Below are positions 55,725 to 64,000 of a DNA stretch of 64,000 nt, one piece after another. Position 1 is the first letter of the stretch, and every line of letters starts with the position of its first letter. The position numbers and the translations under genes are program-made. This DNA is from a virus. The stretch lies in IMG/VR virus record IMGVR_UViG_3300005805_000045, positions 99,886 through 163,885 of that record; one strand, given 5' to 3'. The notes beneath the pieces are model-generated. The model saw only the letters and a list, made by a program, of their open reading frames with translations. It had not been told where the DNA came from and searched no databases.

Positions 55725-56466
55725 CAAAACATCGCCCCTTTGTTTTTTTGATTTCCCTATCGGAAAATCTAATTATATCATATCCTTGCTGAATAGCAAG
55801 TCTATCGTATTCTTCATCCAGTTTTCTTTGTTTATCTGTATTGTGCCAAAATAATCCATCAAGTTCTATCAAGAGTTTATCTCGTAACAGAAAATCATAT
55901 CTATGACCTTTACCATCGATCTGATACTGTTTAGTATATACTATATTATTTTGAACACAAAATTCCTCAAAAGCCAACTCAATCCATGTGTCTCTTCTAT
56001 TGAAATTTTTGTTATGTATACCAGTAATACCATCGAAAGCCAATTGTCGAAGTTTGTCTTTGATCTCAGGTTTATGAGCATACATGAGAAGAGATGCTTC
56101 GGATTTATCTCTTGTTTCAATACCAAATTTTCTCAAGTTATAAAGAATGCCAGAAGGACTCATATCGTACTTTTCAGCGATCTCGTAGAGATTCATTTTT
56201 TTCTCATGATATTCTGATCTAAGGATTTCACAGTCAAATCTTTGTATATCAATATAATGTTTTCTTGAAGTTCTAGACTTACCGTTTTGTTTCACGCTTA
56301 TCAGATCAGCTAAGCCGTTTCTTCTAATGCCATTATATACAGCAGCATAAGGTAGAGACAGAGACTTTGCTATCTCACTCACACTGTATCCTTCATTCAA
56401 AAAGTTTTTGATCTGATCTATGTGTAAATTTACACTCTTTGTGATATGACTATTTTGATTTGGCAT
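55696..56466 (-). mobile_element. free-standing homing-endonuclease-like gene (2 HTH plus Vsr/DUF559 EDxHD nuclease) splitting gene 43
   Basis: T.IE, YDF, IELDGLFWH, D..A...GY.IIRF; AT-rich; start 56466 after GAGGGAG. Confidence 0.85.
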
Positions 56467-56467
56467 G

Positions 56468-56496
56468 AAATACTCCCTCGAACAGAAGTATTTAGT
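56468..56496 (-). promoter_or_regulatory. late promoter overlapping an RBS-sequestering hairpin
   Basis: ACTAAATA; AAATACTTC...GGAGTATTT stem covers the RBS. Confidence 0.7.
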
Positions 56497-56509
56497 ATTA
56501 TTTTGTTTG

Positions 56510-58012
56510 CTACAGTTTCTTACGACGTTCAATCTCTGCAATAACCTGTTCCAGTTCCTTTTTCGCTTCGATAGATTTCTTCTTATACACAGTCCGATCG
56601 TTATACATTTCTTCCATGATCTCAGCAAGAAAGCCTTGCTTGTTGATACGGAAGAACTGTCCATTTGGTGTTAGTGTAACCTTCTCACACTTCAACGCAG
56701 ATGTGTCACACTTACCTTCAAGCAGGCGATCAATGTCAACACCCGACGAGAAGATAGCACGCATGGCAGGTGTATAGTCTTTATGTTCAACAAGCATCTC
56801 AGGTGAGATGTTGAACTGCATGATCAAGTGAGGGTAAAGAGAATTGAGATCCAGACTTGCAACCCACTTGTGCAGACCAACTTGTGGATCTTTGACATAA
56901 GCACCGATATACGCAGCATCTTTTTTATGCTTCGAAATTGGTGGTACAACGATATTCTTTTTCTTGAGCTTGTTATAGATGATAGAGTCCCACATGCGTG
57001 TCTGTTGAAACACGTCATCATAATTGCTCTTAGAGTCATAGGCTAGAGTCAAAGCCAACTCGATCAGCTTTAGCTTATCGTCTAGCTTATCGACCAGTTC
57101 TACGTCTCGGATGTTATACTCGATGAATAGTTGATAGTTGTCTTTATACAATGTGTGAAGGCTACCATATTCTTCGTATGATAGCTTGCGTTCGTTTAGT
57201 TCGACATTACAAATGGCATCAAGTTTATATGAGTCCTGTGACATGCCACCAGGAGCAAACTTCTTGTATAACTCGATGTAATCAAGAACAGAGATACCGA
57301 GAGGCAAGAAGGTCTTTTGATCACGACCCATGATCACAACGATTCGTTCACTCAATCTATTCCATGGCGATAACCGACGAACGAACTCTTCGCCCATCAG
57401 CTTTGTGATCCGATTGACCAGATATGGAATATCGAAGAACTTAACATTCCAGCCTGTGATGATGTCGGGATAATCACCTGTCCATTCATCTATAAACCTC
57501 TTGATAAGATCAATCTCATCAGAGCACCGGACATAACGAACATCATCACGACTGTTGTTGAAAGTACCGCAACCAAGAACAACAAACTTCTTTGCCGTCT
57601 TGAATGTGATCGCAGTAATAGGTTCACTCGCTGTTGCAGGATCAGGAAAACCATTCTCTGATCCTACCTCGATGTCGATGTTACAGACAGTGATAAGATT
57701 TACATCCCAATCAATATCATCTGGAAAGTTGTCGGAGATATATGTGTATTCATACTTTTGATTGCCATATATCTTGAAGTTCTCTACGCTATCATACTTG
57801 CCAACGAACTCACGACAATCACGAATATCACCTGGCTTTGCTTCGGCCACGTATTCTCCGTGAATTGTCGTAAACTCTGTTGGCTGTGATGAGGGAACGT
57901 ATAGTGTGGGAAAATATTCGATTGGTCTTCTTACTCGTCTTCCATTTTCGACACCTCTGTACAAAATCTTTGAACCATAGACATGTACAGAGGTGTAGAA
58001 TGAATGTGACAT
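56510..58012 (-). CDS. gp43: DNA polymerase N-terminal subunit gp43A (exonuclease, motif A, first fingers helix)
   Basis: DIEV, GWN..FFDIPY, YNI.D, GAYVK, DLNSLYP; ends ...KKELEQVIAEIERRKKL. Confidence 0.95.
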   Translation of the reverse strand: MSHSFYTSVHVYGSKILYRGVENGRRVRRPIEYFPTLYVPSSQPTEFTTIHGEYVAEAKPGDIRDCREFVGKYDSVENFKIYGNQKYEYTYISDNFPDDIDWDVNLITVCNIDIEVGSENGFPDPATASEPITAITFKTAKKFVVLGCGTFNNSRDDVRYVRCSDEIDLIKRFIDEWTGDYPDIITGWNVKFFDIPYLVNRITKLMGEEFVRRLSPWNRLSERIVVIMGRDQKTFLPLGISVLDYIELYKKFAPGGMSQDSYKLDAICNVELNERKLSYEEYGSLHTLYKDNYQLFIEYNIRDVELVDKLDDKLKLIELALTLAYDSKSNYDDVFQQTRMWDSIIYNKLKKKNIVVPPISKHKKDAAYIGAYVKDPQVGLHKWVASLDLNSLYPHLIMQFNISPEMLVEHKDYTPAMRAIFSSGVDIDRLLEGKCDTSALKCEKVTLTPNGQFFRINKQGFLAEIMEEMYNDRTVYKKKSIEAKKELEQVIAEIERRKKL

Positions 58013-58332
58013 TAGGGACCTTTCTCTGGAAGCAATAGATTATTTTGCGGAAGAACTAGACCAGTGAATGTGGTATTGTATTGAGTGATAAACTCTTTGA
58101 TCGGTGTCATTATACACAATACATGGGAGTTGTCAAGCACGAACTCTTTTTCCTCAGCAAACTCCATCCAAGGAGCAAATCCAATCGTTGGTGCTTGTGA
58201 GTTACCTTTCGGAGGCATCACAACGATTCGAATAGGATTCTTGATTGTAACTTTTAGTCCAGTGTCAAGAACAACTTCAGCGATTAGTTCTTCACCATTC
58301 AATAGTCGAATTAGTTTGATATTCTTTGTCAT
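58012..58332 (-). CDS. conserved Sm-like protein upstream of gp43
   Basis: IKLIRL.NGEELIA...FAPW. Confidence 0.8.
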   Translation of the reverse strand: MTKNIKLIRLLNGEELIAEVVLDTGLKVTIKNPIRIVVMPPKGNSQAPTIGFAPWMEFAEEKEFVLDNSHVLCIMTPIKEFITQYNTTFTGLVLPQNNLLLPEKGP

Positions 58333-58532
58333 TTGTCAACGATCTCCATAAGATAGTCATATACGGCAACAGTAATCCACTTTTCTGGAATTAGTGACAC
58401 ACTAACACCAGACTCATTGAAGTATGTATATGCGTTTTCGTGATCGACAATCTTGACGATCTTTTCCCAACGCTTGTCCCAGTCACGTTGGACGATTTGA
58501 GTTTCGAGGACTGTCATATCAGATAGTTTCAT
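58329..58532 (-). CDS. hypothetical protein
   Basis: ORF overlapping both neighbours. Confidence 0.65.
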   Translation of the reverse strand: MKLSDMTVLETQIVQRDWDKRWEKIVKIVDHENAYTYFNESGVSVSLIPEKWITVAVYDYLMEIVDK

Positions 58533-59298
58533 TATATTCTTTCCTTTTTACTATTCTTGCAGCAGGATTATAATCACAAGTATGTATGTTGAATGCTTTT
58601 GTACCTTTGCGACTGCATGGCCATTGTTCGTCTCTAAAGCGATCTGAACATGTCTTGAGCCATTGATTGCTTGTTTCTTGTTGCAGTTGATGCCACCAGT
58701 CCTTAGTTGATGGATCAGGTAGCGAGCGAATGTGTTGTGATGTTGTCCACCAAAAACTTCCACTATAATGTGGTGATGGATCAGTTTGATAGTTTACACC
58801 AGCAATATCATATGTATCGAGTGCATCAACACATTCTTGCCATCTCTCTAGAACACCCCAGTTGAGATACTGACGCCAGTAAAAGTATTTCATGAAGGTA
58901 GCATTGTTGCCAGCAAGCAATTGCTTCTTGACCGCAGTGATACCCTTAGTGTGAATGTAACACAATCTAAAGTCCTCTTGCTGTGCATCACGATAGATGG
59001 TTTGCATGGTTATGTTTTCAGTCACACTCTTTTCTGATTCAATGCTTTCTAACATTTCATCATCATTTGCATATGGATTCTTGATTGGTAATAACTCTAG
59101 TTTGTTGGTAAACGAATGTGCTATATCAACGAAGCGGTGAAGTCTAGGATCTTCTTGTGTAATGATAACTGCTCTTAATTTGTCAAGATGTTCAAATAGT
59201 CCTGCATCCTCCATGCATTTGAGTTGTTCTAGAACGATGCTGGACCAAACTCCAGCATCGTCTGTTAGATAGACATGGTAATAGAGGTAGTTCTTCAT
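58519..59298 (-). CDS. putative glycosyltransferase-like protein
   Basis: YIHTKG, WR.YL, HYSGSFWW, R..E.W; context. Confidence 0.55.
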   Translation of the reverse strand: MKNYLYYHVYLTDDAGVWSSIVLEQLKCMEDAGLFEHLDKLRAVIITQEDPRLHRFVDIAHSFTNKLELLPIKNPYANDDEMLESIESEKSVTENITMQTIYRDAQQEDFRLCYIHTKGITAVKKQLLAGNNATFMKYFYWRQYLNWGVLERWQECVDALDTYDIAGVNYQTDPSPHYSGSFWWTTSQHIRSLPDPSTKDWWHQLQQETSNQWLKTCSDRFRDEQWPCSRKGTKAFNIHTCDYNPAARIVKRKEYNETI

Positions 59299-60530
59299 GT
59301 TGTGTGAACTTCAACCTTGGGAAAGTATGTTACAAACAAGTCCCGTGTGTTGGGTCTTGCAGCTTTGATTTTGGCTTTGATTTCATCATAGAAATTCCAA
59401 GCAAGAGGCACAAAGACTGTAGGACGTTCTTCAAGCAGCATTTGTGAACCTAGAATTGGAATGTTCATGCCAGGTGTGAATTTATTTTGTTTGAGTGGAT
59501 TGTCATCGATGATGTAATCCAGTTCGATTTTGCCATAGTTCAGCAACGTCATACCCTTGGCTGCTGCACCATATCCAACAATTGAAAGTGATGAGCCACG
59601 AAACTGATCAAGTGTGGTCTTGAGTGTCGTGACGACTTCAGTACACTTTCTGGCATATTCCACATATGTAGCATCTGACAGCAAACCAATCTTACGTTCC
59701 ATCTCAATAGCATTTTCAATGTTAGCTGGTCGAGACATGAGACGATTGCGAGAGATAACAAACAGATAGCTGTTGCCGTGCAGAGGTGTCTTGATCACAT
59801 CAACCAAAAACAGACCCACACGAGAGCATAGCTCATTCATCGACTTGATATTGAAGAAGTTAATGTGCTCGTGGTAGATTGTGTCAAACTCATTGTTCTT
59901 GATCATATCAGCTTGAGAGGTCTGAACGAACAACAGCGAATCATCACTCATAGCAATCCGTGCCGCACGAAGAAATGCTTTGGGATCATAGTTATGAGCA
60001 AAGACGTTTTGTGCGATGATGATATCAAACATCTTTCCTGTCTTGAGCACAAAGTCCATATTGAAGAACTCAGGCCACACCGTGTGGCGTTGTGATGATG
60101 TTCTGTATAGATTCTGTGCTGGATCAATACCAAATGTCTTGACACGATGAGGAGCAAAGGCATCTAGTTGTGATCCATCGTTGCAACCAATGTCAAGAAT
60201 GCTGACAGGACGCAATGCCGATAAGGTTTCAAAGAACTCAACCGAGTAATTGGCAAACCACTTGAAGTATTGCTTCATGGTAGTTGATGTACCAGACACA
60301 TACAGATAGTCCTTGAACATTAGCTCTGGATTGACTGCATGTGTTAGCTGCACATGATAACAATCTTGACAACGATTGATAGCCAGAGGAAACTCTTCTT
60401 GCATTTCCTCCTTGCTGTTCTTGTATGAGTTAGCAAGTGGTTGATTGTTCAGATCAAGTGTGAGAACAAGCTTGTCTGATCCACAAGCCAGACAATCGTC
60501 GAGCTTAACTAAATTTGTTTGGTTGAACAC
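59295..60530 (-). CDS. NDP-sugar C-methyltransferase
   Basis: CLACG, QPLAN, C..C..VQL, DIGCNDG, FDTIYHEH, GYGAAAKG, LAWNF; GTG start 60530. Confidence 0.9.
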   Translation of the reverse strand: MFNQTNLVKLDDCLACGSDKLVLTLDLNNQPLANSYKNSKEEMQEEFPLAINRCQDCYHVQLTHAVNPELMFKDYLYVSGTSTTMKQYFKWFANYSVEFFETLSALRPVSILDIGCNDGSQLDAFAPHRVKTFGIDPAQNLYRTSSQRHTVWPEFFNMDFVLKTGKMFDIIIAQNVFAHNYDPKAFLRAARIAMSDDSLLFVQTSQADMIKNNEFDTIYHEHINFFNIKSMNELCSRVGLFLVDVIKTPLHGNSYLFVISRNRLMSRPANIENAIEMERKIGLLSDATYVEYARKCTEVVTTLKTTLDQFRGSSLSIVGYGAAAKGMTLLNYGKIELDYIIDDNPLKQNKFTPGMNIPILGSQMLLEERPTVFVPLAWNFYDEIKAKIKAARPNTRDLFVTYFPKVEVHTT

Positions 60531-61173
60531 GATGCATATTCCTTTTGCCAAATTTCTCAAACACCACAACTGAATCATAGAAGTGAATCGAAGTTAGACC
60601 TTCTGCCAACTTTGTTTTTCTCTCCCACTCAGTATCTAGCTCTTCTTTCCATCCATAATGTAGAACATCAACGAAGTTCTTGGCGTATTCAATGAATGAC
60701 GACTTGCGTTTGTATCCTCCTCCGTTGTGACCCATATAACTTGTATGACAGTCTTCACAGATATACACACCACCCATATTCAACTTAGGAAACACTTTTT
60801 CAAATGTGAGGACTTGCTGATCCATGTAGTGTCCACCATCATCAATGAACACATCAATAGGTGGAGATGCTGCTAGAAAGCCATCCCAAAAAGGCTCTGA
60901 TCCTTGATCACCAATGGCTACTTTGATGTTGGGGTTATCATACTTCAACTCTCTACAGGCAGGGTCAACATCGATGCCAGTGATCTTGACATCTTCAAAG
61001 AACTTGCCCCACATCTCAAGGCTACCACCCTTTTGCACTCCAACCTCAACGAGATGAATTGGTGTACGACTAAATCTGTTTAGATGCCTCTCATAAATTT
61101 CAAAGTAGGGTTGCCACTTGTCTGATGAATGGTCGACCTGTTTGAAGATTTCTTCCAATCGCGAATAGCTCAT
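60505..61173 (-). CDS. class I SAM-dependent (sugar O-)methyltransferase
   Basis: EVGVQKGGS, GIDVD, GDQ, IDDGGH, GG.YICED. Confidence 0.88.
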   Translation of the reverse strand: MSYSRLEEIFKQVDHSSDKWQPYFEIYERHLNRFSRTPIHLVEVGVQKGGSLEMWGKFFEDVKITGIDVDPACRELKYDNPNIKVAIGDQGSEPFWDGFLAASPPIDVFIDDGGHYMDQQVLTFEKVFPKLNMGGVYICEDCHTSYMGHNGGGYKRKSSFIEYAKNFVDVLHYGWKEELDTEWERKTKLAEGLTSIHFYDSVVVFEKFGKRNMHRVQPNKFS

Positions 61174-62213
61174 AGTTCGATCCAATTTCTGTTTTTCAAT
61201 GACCAATGTGTGACCTCATGTAATCTATCTCGCAGAGAGATGCGTGGCTCCCAACCGAGCTTTTTCATGAAAGCACCATCTAGTGAGTACCGAAGATCAT
61301 GTCCTGGACGTGATGTGTGGAAATCGACCATCTCATACACAGGCTCCTTGTTCTGTGCTTCGGCGATGATCTTGACCATAGAGAGATTATCGATCTCTTC
61401 CTTGCCAACGACATTGAATTTTGGACAACGCACACCCAGCGCACTCATATGATTCTTGATGATACCGTGCTGCTTAGAATCCAAATGTAGCAAGAAATAC
61501 ATTGCTTCAGCTACATCCTTGGCATTGATGTAGAAACGACTGCCTGCTCTGGTCTTTGATGGATCAGAATGCACGAAAATCTTTTCACCATCACGAATCT
61601 TGCGAATGCACATGGGAATGAACTTCTCGGGATGCTGACGCTCACCAAAGACGTTCATCGTGTGTGTTACGAAGATAGGTAGCTTGTATGTGTTCTCATA
61701 AGCAACACAGAACTCTTCTGCCGCTGCCTTGGACGCAGAATAAGGATTGGTTGAGTTATATCGATCATACTCACCATACAAGACGCCCGGTGGTGCAGAC
61801 CCGAAGATTTCGTCGGTGCTGAAATAGATCAGTCTCTCCAGATTTTTGAGACGCCGAGCATAACTGAGCAAATTGACGGTACCAATGGTGTTGTCCATGA
61901 CAAATTCCATAGGATGTGTAATAGACCGATCAACATGGCTAGAAGCAGCAAGATGCAGAATAACATTTACTTCTCCTATGAAGTTGTGTGTTAGATCAGC
62001 AATCTCTGCCTTGAGATCATGCCATACAATCTTCACTCGCTTTTGTTCTGTCTTAGGATATCTGGAAACAACATCATGTAGACGACCTAGATTACCCGAA
62101 TAGTCTAGACGATCAAGCGATACGATTTCCCAGTCTGTTGTTTTAAGAAAGTGATCGATCACATGATGACCGATGAAGCCTGCTCCACCAGTAATTAGAA
62201 CTCGCTTAGCCAT
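61170..62213 (-). CDS. NDP-glucose 4,6-dehydratase (RmlB-like)
   Basis: TGGAGFIG, HLAA.SHVDRSI, STDE, YSASK, QHPEK, RPGHD.RY. Confidence 0.93.
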   Translation of the reverse strand: MAKRVLITGGAGFIGHHVIDHFLKTTDWEIVSLDRLDYSGNLGRLHDVVSRYPKTEQKRVKIVWHDLKAEIADLTHNFIGEVNVILHLAASSHVDRSITHPMEFVMDNTIGTVNLLSYARRLKNLERLIYFSTDEIFGSAPPGVLYGEYDRYNSTNPYSASKAAAEEFCVAYENTYKLPIFVTHTMNVFGERQHPEKFIPMCIRKIRDGEKIFVHSDPSKTRAGSRFYINAKDVAEAMYFLLHLDSKQHGIIKNHMSALGVRCPKFNVVGKEEIDNLSMVKIIAEAQNKEPVYEMVDFHTSRPGHDLRYSLDGAFMKKLGWEPRISLRDRLHEVTHWSLKNRNWIEL

Positions 62214-62224
62214 TATAAACCTCT

Positions 62225-63004
62225 TTATCGATTTGAAAGATACTTATGAGCAGGATCAACAGTGGCTCGTTTTTTGATCAACTCATAAATCTCAGGATCA
62301 TTTTTCTGATCCTCTCGGGGTGTGAACAATGCCCGTACACGATTTTCTGTCGTGGCAGGCGCGGGTTGCAAATAATATGCAGCAATGCTTTTTCTAACGA
62401 CGTTCTCTGGACAATTAATGTAGTTGGGTAGACCATGCCAGGAATTTTGTGTCGTATCGAAAATTATAGCACGATTGTATATATTGTCAACTACTTTCTC
62501 GCATTTCAGAGGCTGATTGGTTTCGTGATTGTGTGACCACAACTCAAGTCCACCACCCCATTCCTTTTTCCAGTCTTTCGTTAGATAGACAATGATATTG
62601 ACTTTTCTCTGCATTCCCATTTTGGGATGAAGATTGTAGTCCAGATGAATGTTATTGTTTCCACCTTTGCTGTGCATGTGCCAGCCACCACCATTGAGAC
62701 CATAATCGAAAATGAGTTGATCGCAGCCAGTGATCTGTCTCATCCAGTAAAGAAAACTTTCACTACCAAAGTACATGAAAGATCGATAGGTGCATGAGGG
62801 AAAACGATTCCAGTGATTGAATGACTTCTTGTTTTCCAGTGCGTTCATATGTTCACTAATGAACGTGTCATTGTAATCAGGAAAGTCTTCGGAAAGTCTG
62901 TCAGCCACTTCTGGAATAAAAAAGTTGTCAATCACAACATGATTGAATGGCTGAGCAGACACATACTCATCATAAGTTTTATTCCATGGCAATTCACGAA
63001 TCAT
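62225..63004 (-). CDS. 2OG-Fe(II) oxygenase
   Basis: HLD, WGGGLELW, SWHG, RKSIA.YY. Confidence 0.9.
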   Translation of the reverse strand: MIRELPWNKTYDEYVSAQPFNHVVIDNFFIPEVADRLSEDFPDYNDTFISEHMNALENKKSFNHWNRFPSCTYRSFMYFGSESFLYWMRQITGCDQLIFDYGLNGGGWHMHSKGGNNNIHLDYNLHPKMGMQRKVNIIVYLTKDWKKEWGGGLELWSHNHETNQPLKCEKVVDNIYNRAIIFDTTQNSWHGLPNYINCPENVVRKSIAAYYLQPAPATTENRVRALFTPREDQKNDPEIYELIKKRATVDPAHKYLSNR

Positions 63005-63722
63005 TTTTATAGCCTCTTAGTGTTTGCTGCACATCAACGGGTGTATAGTCGATACCAAAGTTCTCTTTCATGTACTTGGGGAAAAACTCGTTCATCAGGT
63101 AGTTCATCTCACGGAAGCCGTCTGCCTTGTCATATGAGCTTTCGCGTCTGGCATGTTTGATAGAAACGTTGTGGATCACATGTGCAGAAGCTTGCAGATA
63201 ATAACAAAGAATTTTGTCGATACCCCAATCTGACTTTTCGTACTTGTAGTCATTTAGGAATCTAAGAACCTTTCTGAAGATGTCGTTTCTGAAGAAGGGA
63301 ACACCAAGCTCAATGAAATTTGTCTCTGTAAATATATAGTCTTTGTTTTGCTCAAGGCATGGATACACCGTCCATGATGTCAAAGACTGCTGAAAGAGGC
63401 GAAAGTCACACTGTCTGGCCAAAGTTAGTGCCTTGTTCACTGACTGAATGTCCGTCACATAGTCATCATCCCAGCATCCAATGTAATCATAATCTTGCCA
63501 GTTAATTACCTTGCAGACTTCAGGTATCAGATTCCACTTGAGTCCTTTCTTGCGAATGATGTAATCATACGTCCCTGGCTCTGGTTGAAAGTCATTGAAC
63601 ACAACCACACACGTCTCATATGTGCGTTCTGGTTTGGTCATGCGCCAATGATTGTCTTTGTCATAGGCATCATCGAAATGTAGCGGACATCCTGTTGGTG
63701 TAATGATCAGAGCCTTATGCAT
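62994..63722 (-). CDS. DUF707-like GT-A glycosyltransferase
   Basis: KW, YDYI..WDDD, TNFIE..VP.F, WGID. Confidence 0.7.
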   Translation of the reverse strand: MHKALIITPTGCPLHFDDAYDKDNHWRMTKPERTYETCVVVFNDFQPEPGTYDYIIRKKGLKWNLIPEVCKVINWQDYDYIGCWDDDYVTDIQSVNKALTLARQCDFRLFQQSLTSWTVYPCLEQNKDYIFTETNFIELGVPFFRNDIFRKVLRFLNDYKYEKSDWGIDKILCYYLQASAHVIHNVSIKHARRESSYDKADGFREMNYLMNEFFPKYMKENFGIDYTPVDVQQTLRGYKNDS

Positions 63723-63999
63723 TGAGAACACCCTTATAGACTGTGTGTTCAAACCAGTTGAGGAACTTGTCTTTATCAAAGAACTTGTTGACCTTTTGGT
63801 AGTCAGCAAACATGGGCTGAAGGTACATTTCCTCATACATGTCTGGTACCTGATCGATCTCTTTGATTGCTTCAAAGAAGTCTTGATCATTACCAAAATC
63901 GTGATAGTTCAGAAATGCTTTGGGATTGAAATCAACTTCAATCGTTGGGCTACCCCAGTATATAGGAATTGTTTTGGCACACAGAGCTTCGTATAGTTT
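63715..63999 (-). CDS. GT10 alpha-1,3-fucosyltransferase-like protein, C-terminal part
   Basis: hand translation KLYEALCAKTIPIYWGSPTIEVDFNPKAFLN; not in the ORF track because it has no start in the window. Confidence 0.8.
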   Translation of the reverse strand, partial: KLYEALCAKTIPIYWGSPTIEVDFNPKAFLNYHDFGNDQDFFEAIKEIDQVPDMYEEMYLQPMFADYQKVNKFFDKDKFLNWFEHTVYKGVLNA

Positions 64000-64000
64000 C

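Noticed and set aside
55696-56509. Group I intron or intein in gene 43
   Set aside because: There are only 43 nt of non-coding sequence, so no room for a ribozyme core. gp43A has a stop, gp43B has its own RBS and ATG, and there are no intein terminal motifs.
56467-56664. 66-aa N-terminal extension of the endonuclease
   Set aside because: It overlaps gp43A out of frame; the RBS and late promoter point to ATG 56466.
1-64000. Stop-codon reassignment to explain the gp43B break
   Set aside because: TAA, TAG and TGA all end conserved genes normally, and read-through would stay in the wrong frame.

Overview
This is a 64-kb segment of a large lytic T4-superfamily (myovirus-type) phage. Almost all genes are on the minus strand. 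The host is probably an alphaproteobacterium (inference from the tRNA-Ile2 sequence, DUF1289, a BA14K-like His-rich protein and B12-dependent NrdJ). The core replication genes are gp43, uvsX, gp40-like, gp41, gp61, rnh, thyX, nrdJ and a glutaredoxin. The window also holds T4-type late promoters (TATAAATA), sigma70-type early promoters, six tRNA or tRNA-like genes and a holin/spanin-like cassette. Auxiliary genes include phoH, pstS, prkA-yeaH-spoVR, dps, speD, a SpoU methylase and a sugar-biosynthesis/glycosyltransferase cluster. The strongest finding is the DNA polymerase gene. It is split in the fingers domain by a free-standing endonuclease gene. Its second half can encode catalytic motif B only through a +1 shift at a site laid out like the RF2 (prfB) frameshift: AAGGTG-AGT-CTT-TAA-C. 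Other notable items are a second candidate slippage site (A9) fusing two late ORFs, enzymes carrying T4-like capsid-targeting leaders, a putative protease-cleaved polyprotein, a non-canonical UAU tRNA beside tRNA-Ile(CAU), and three early promoters sharing a GCAT-N7-ATGC operator. All family calls come from motif recognition by eye; no searches were run.
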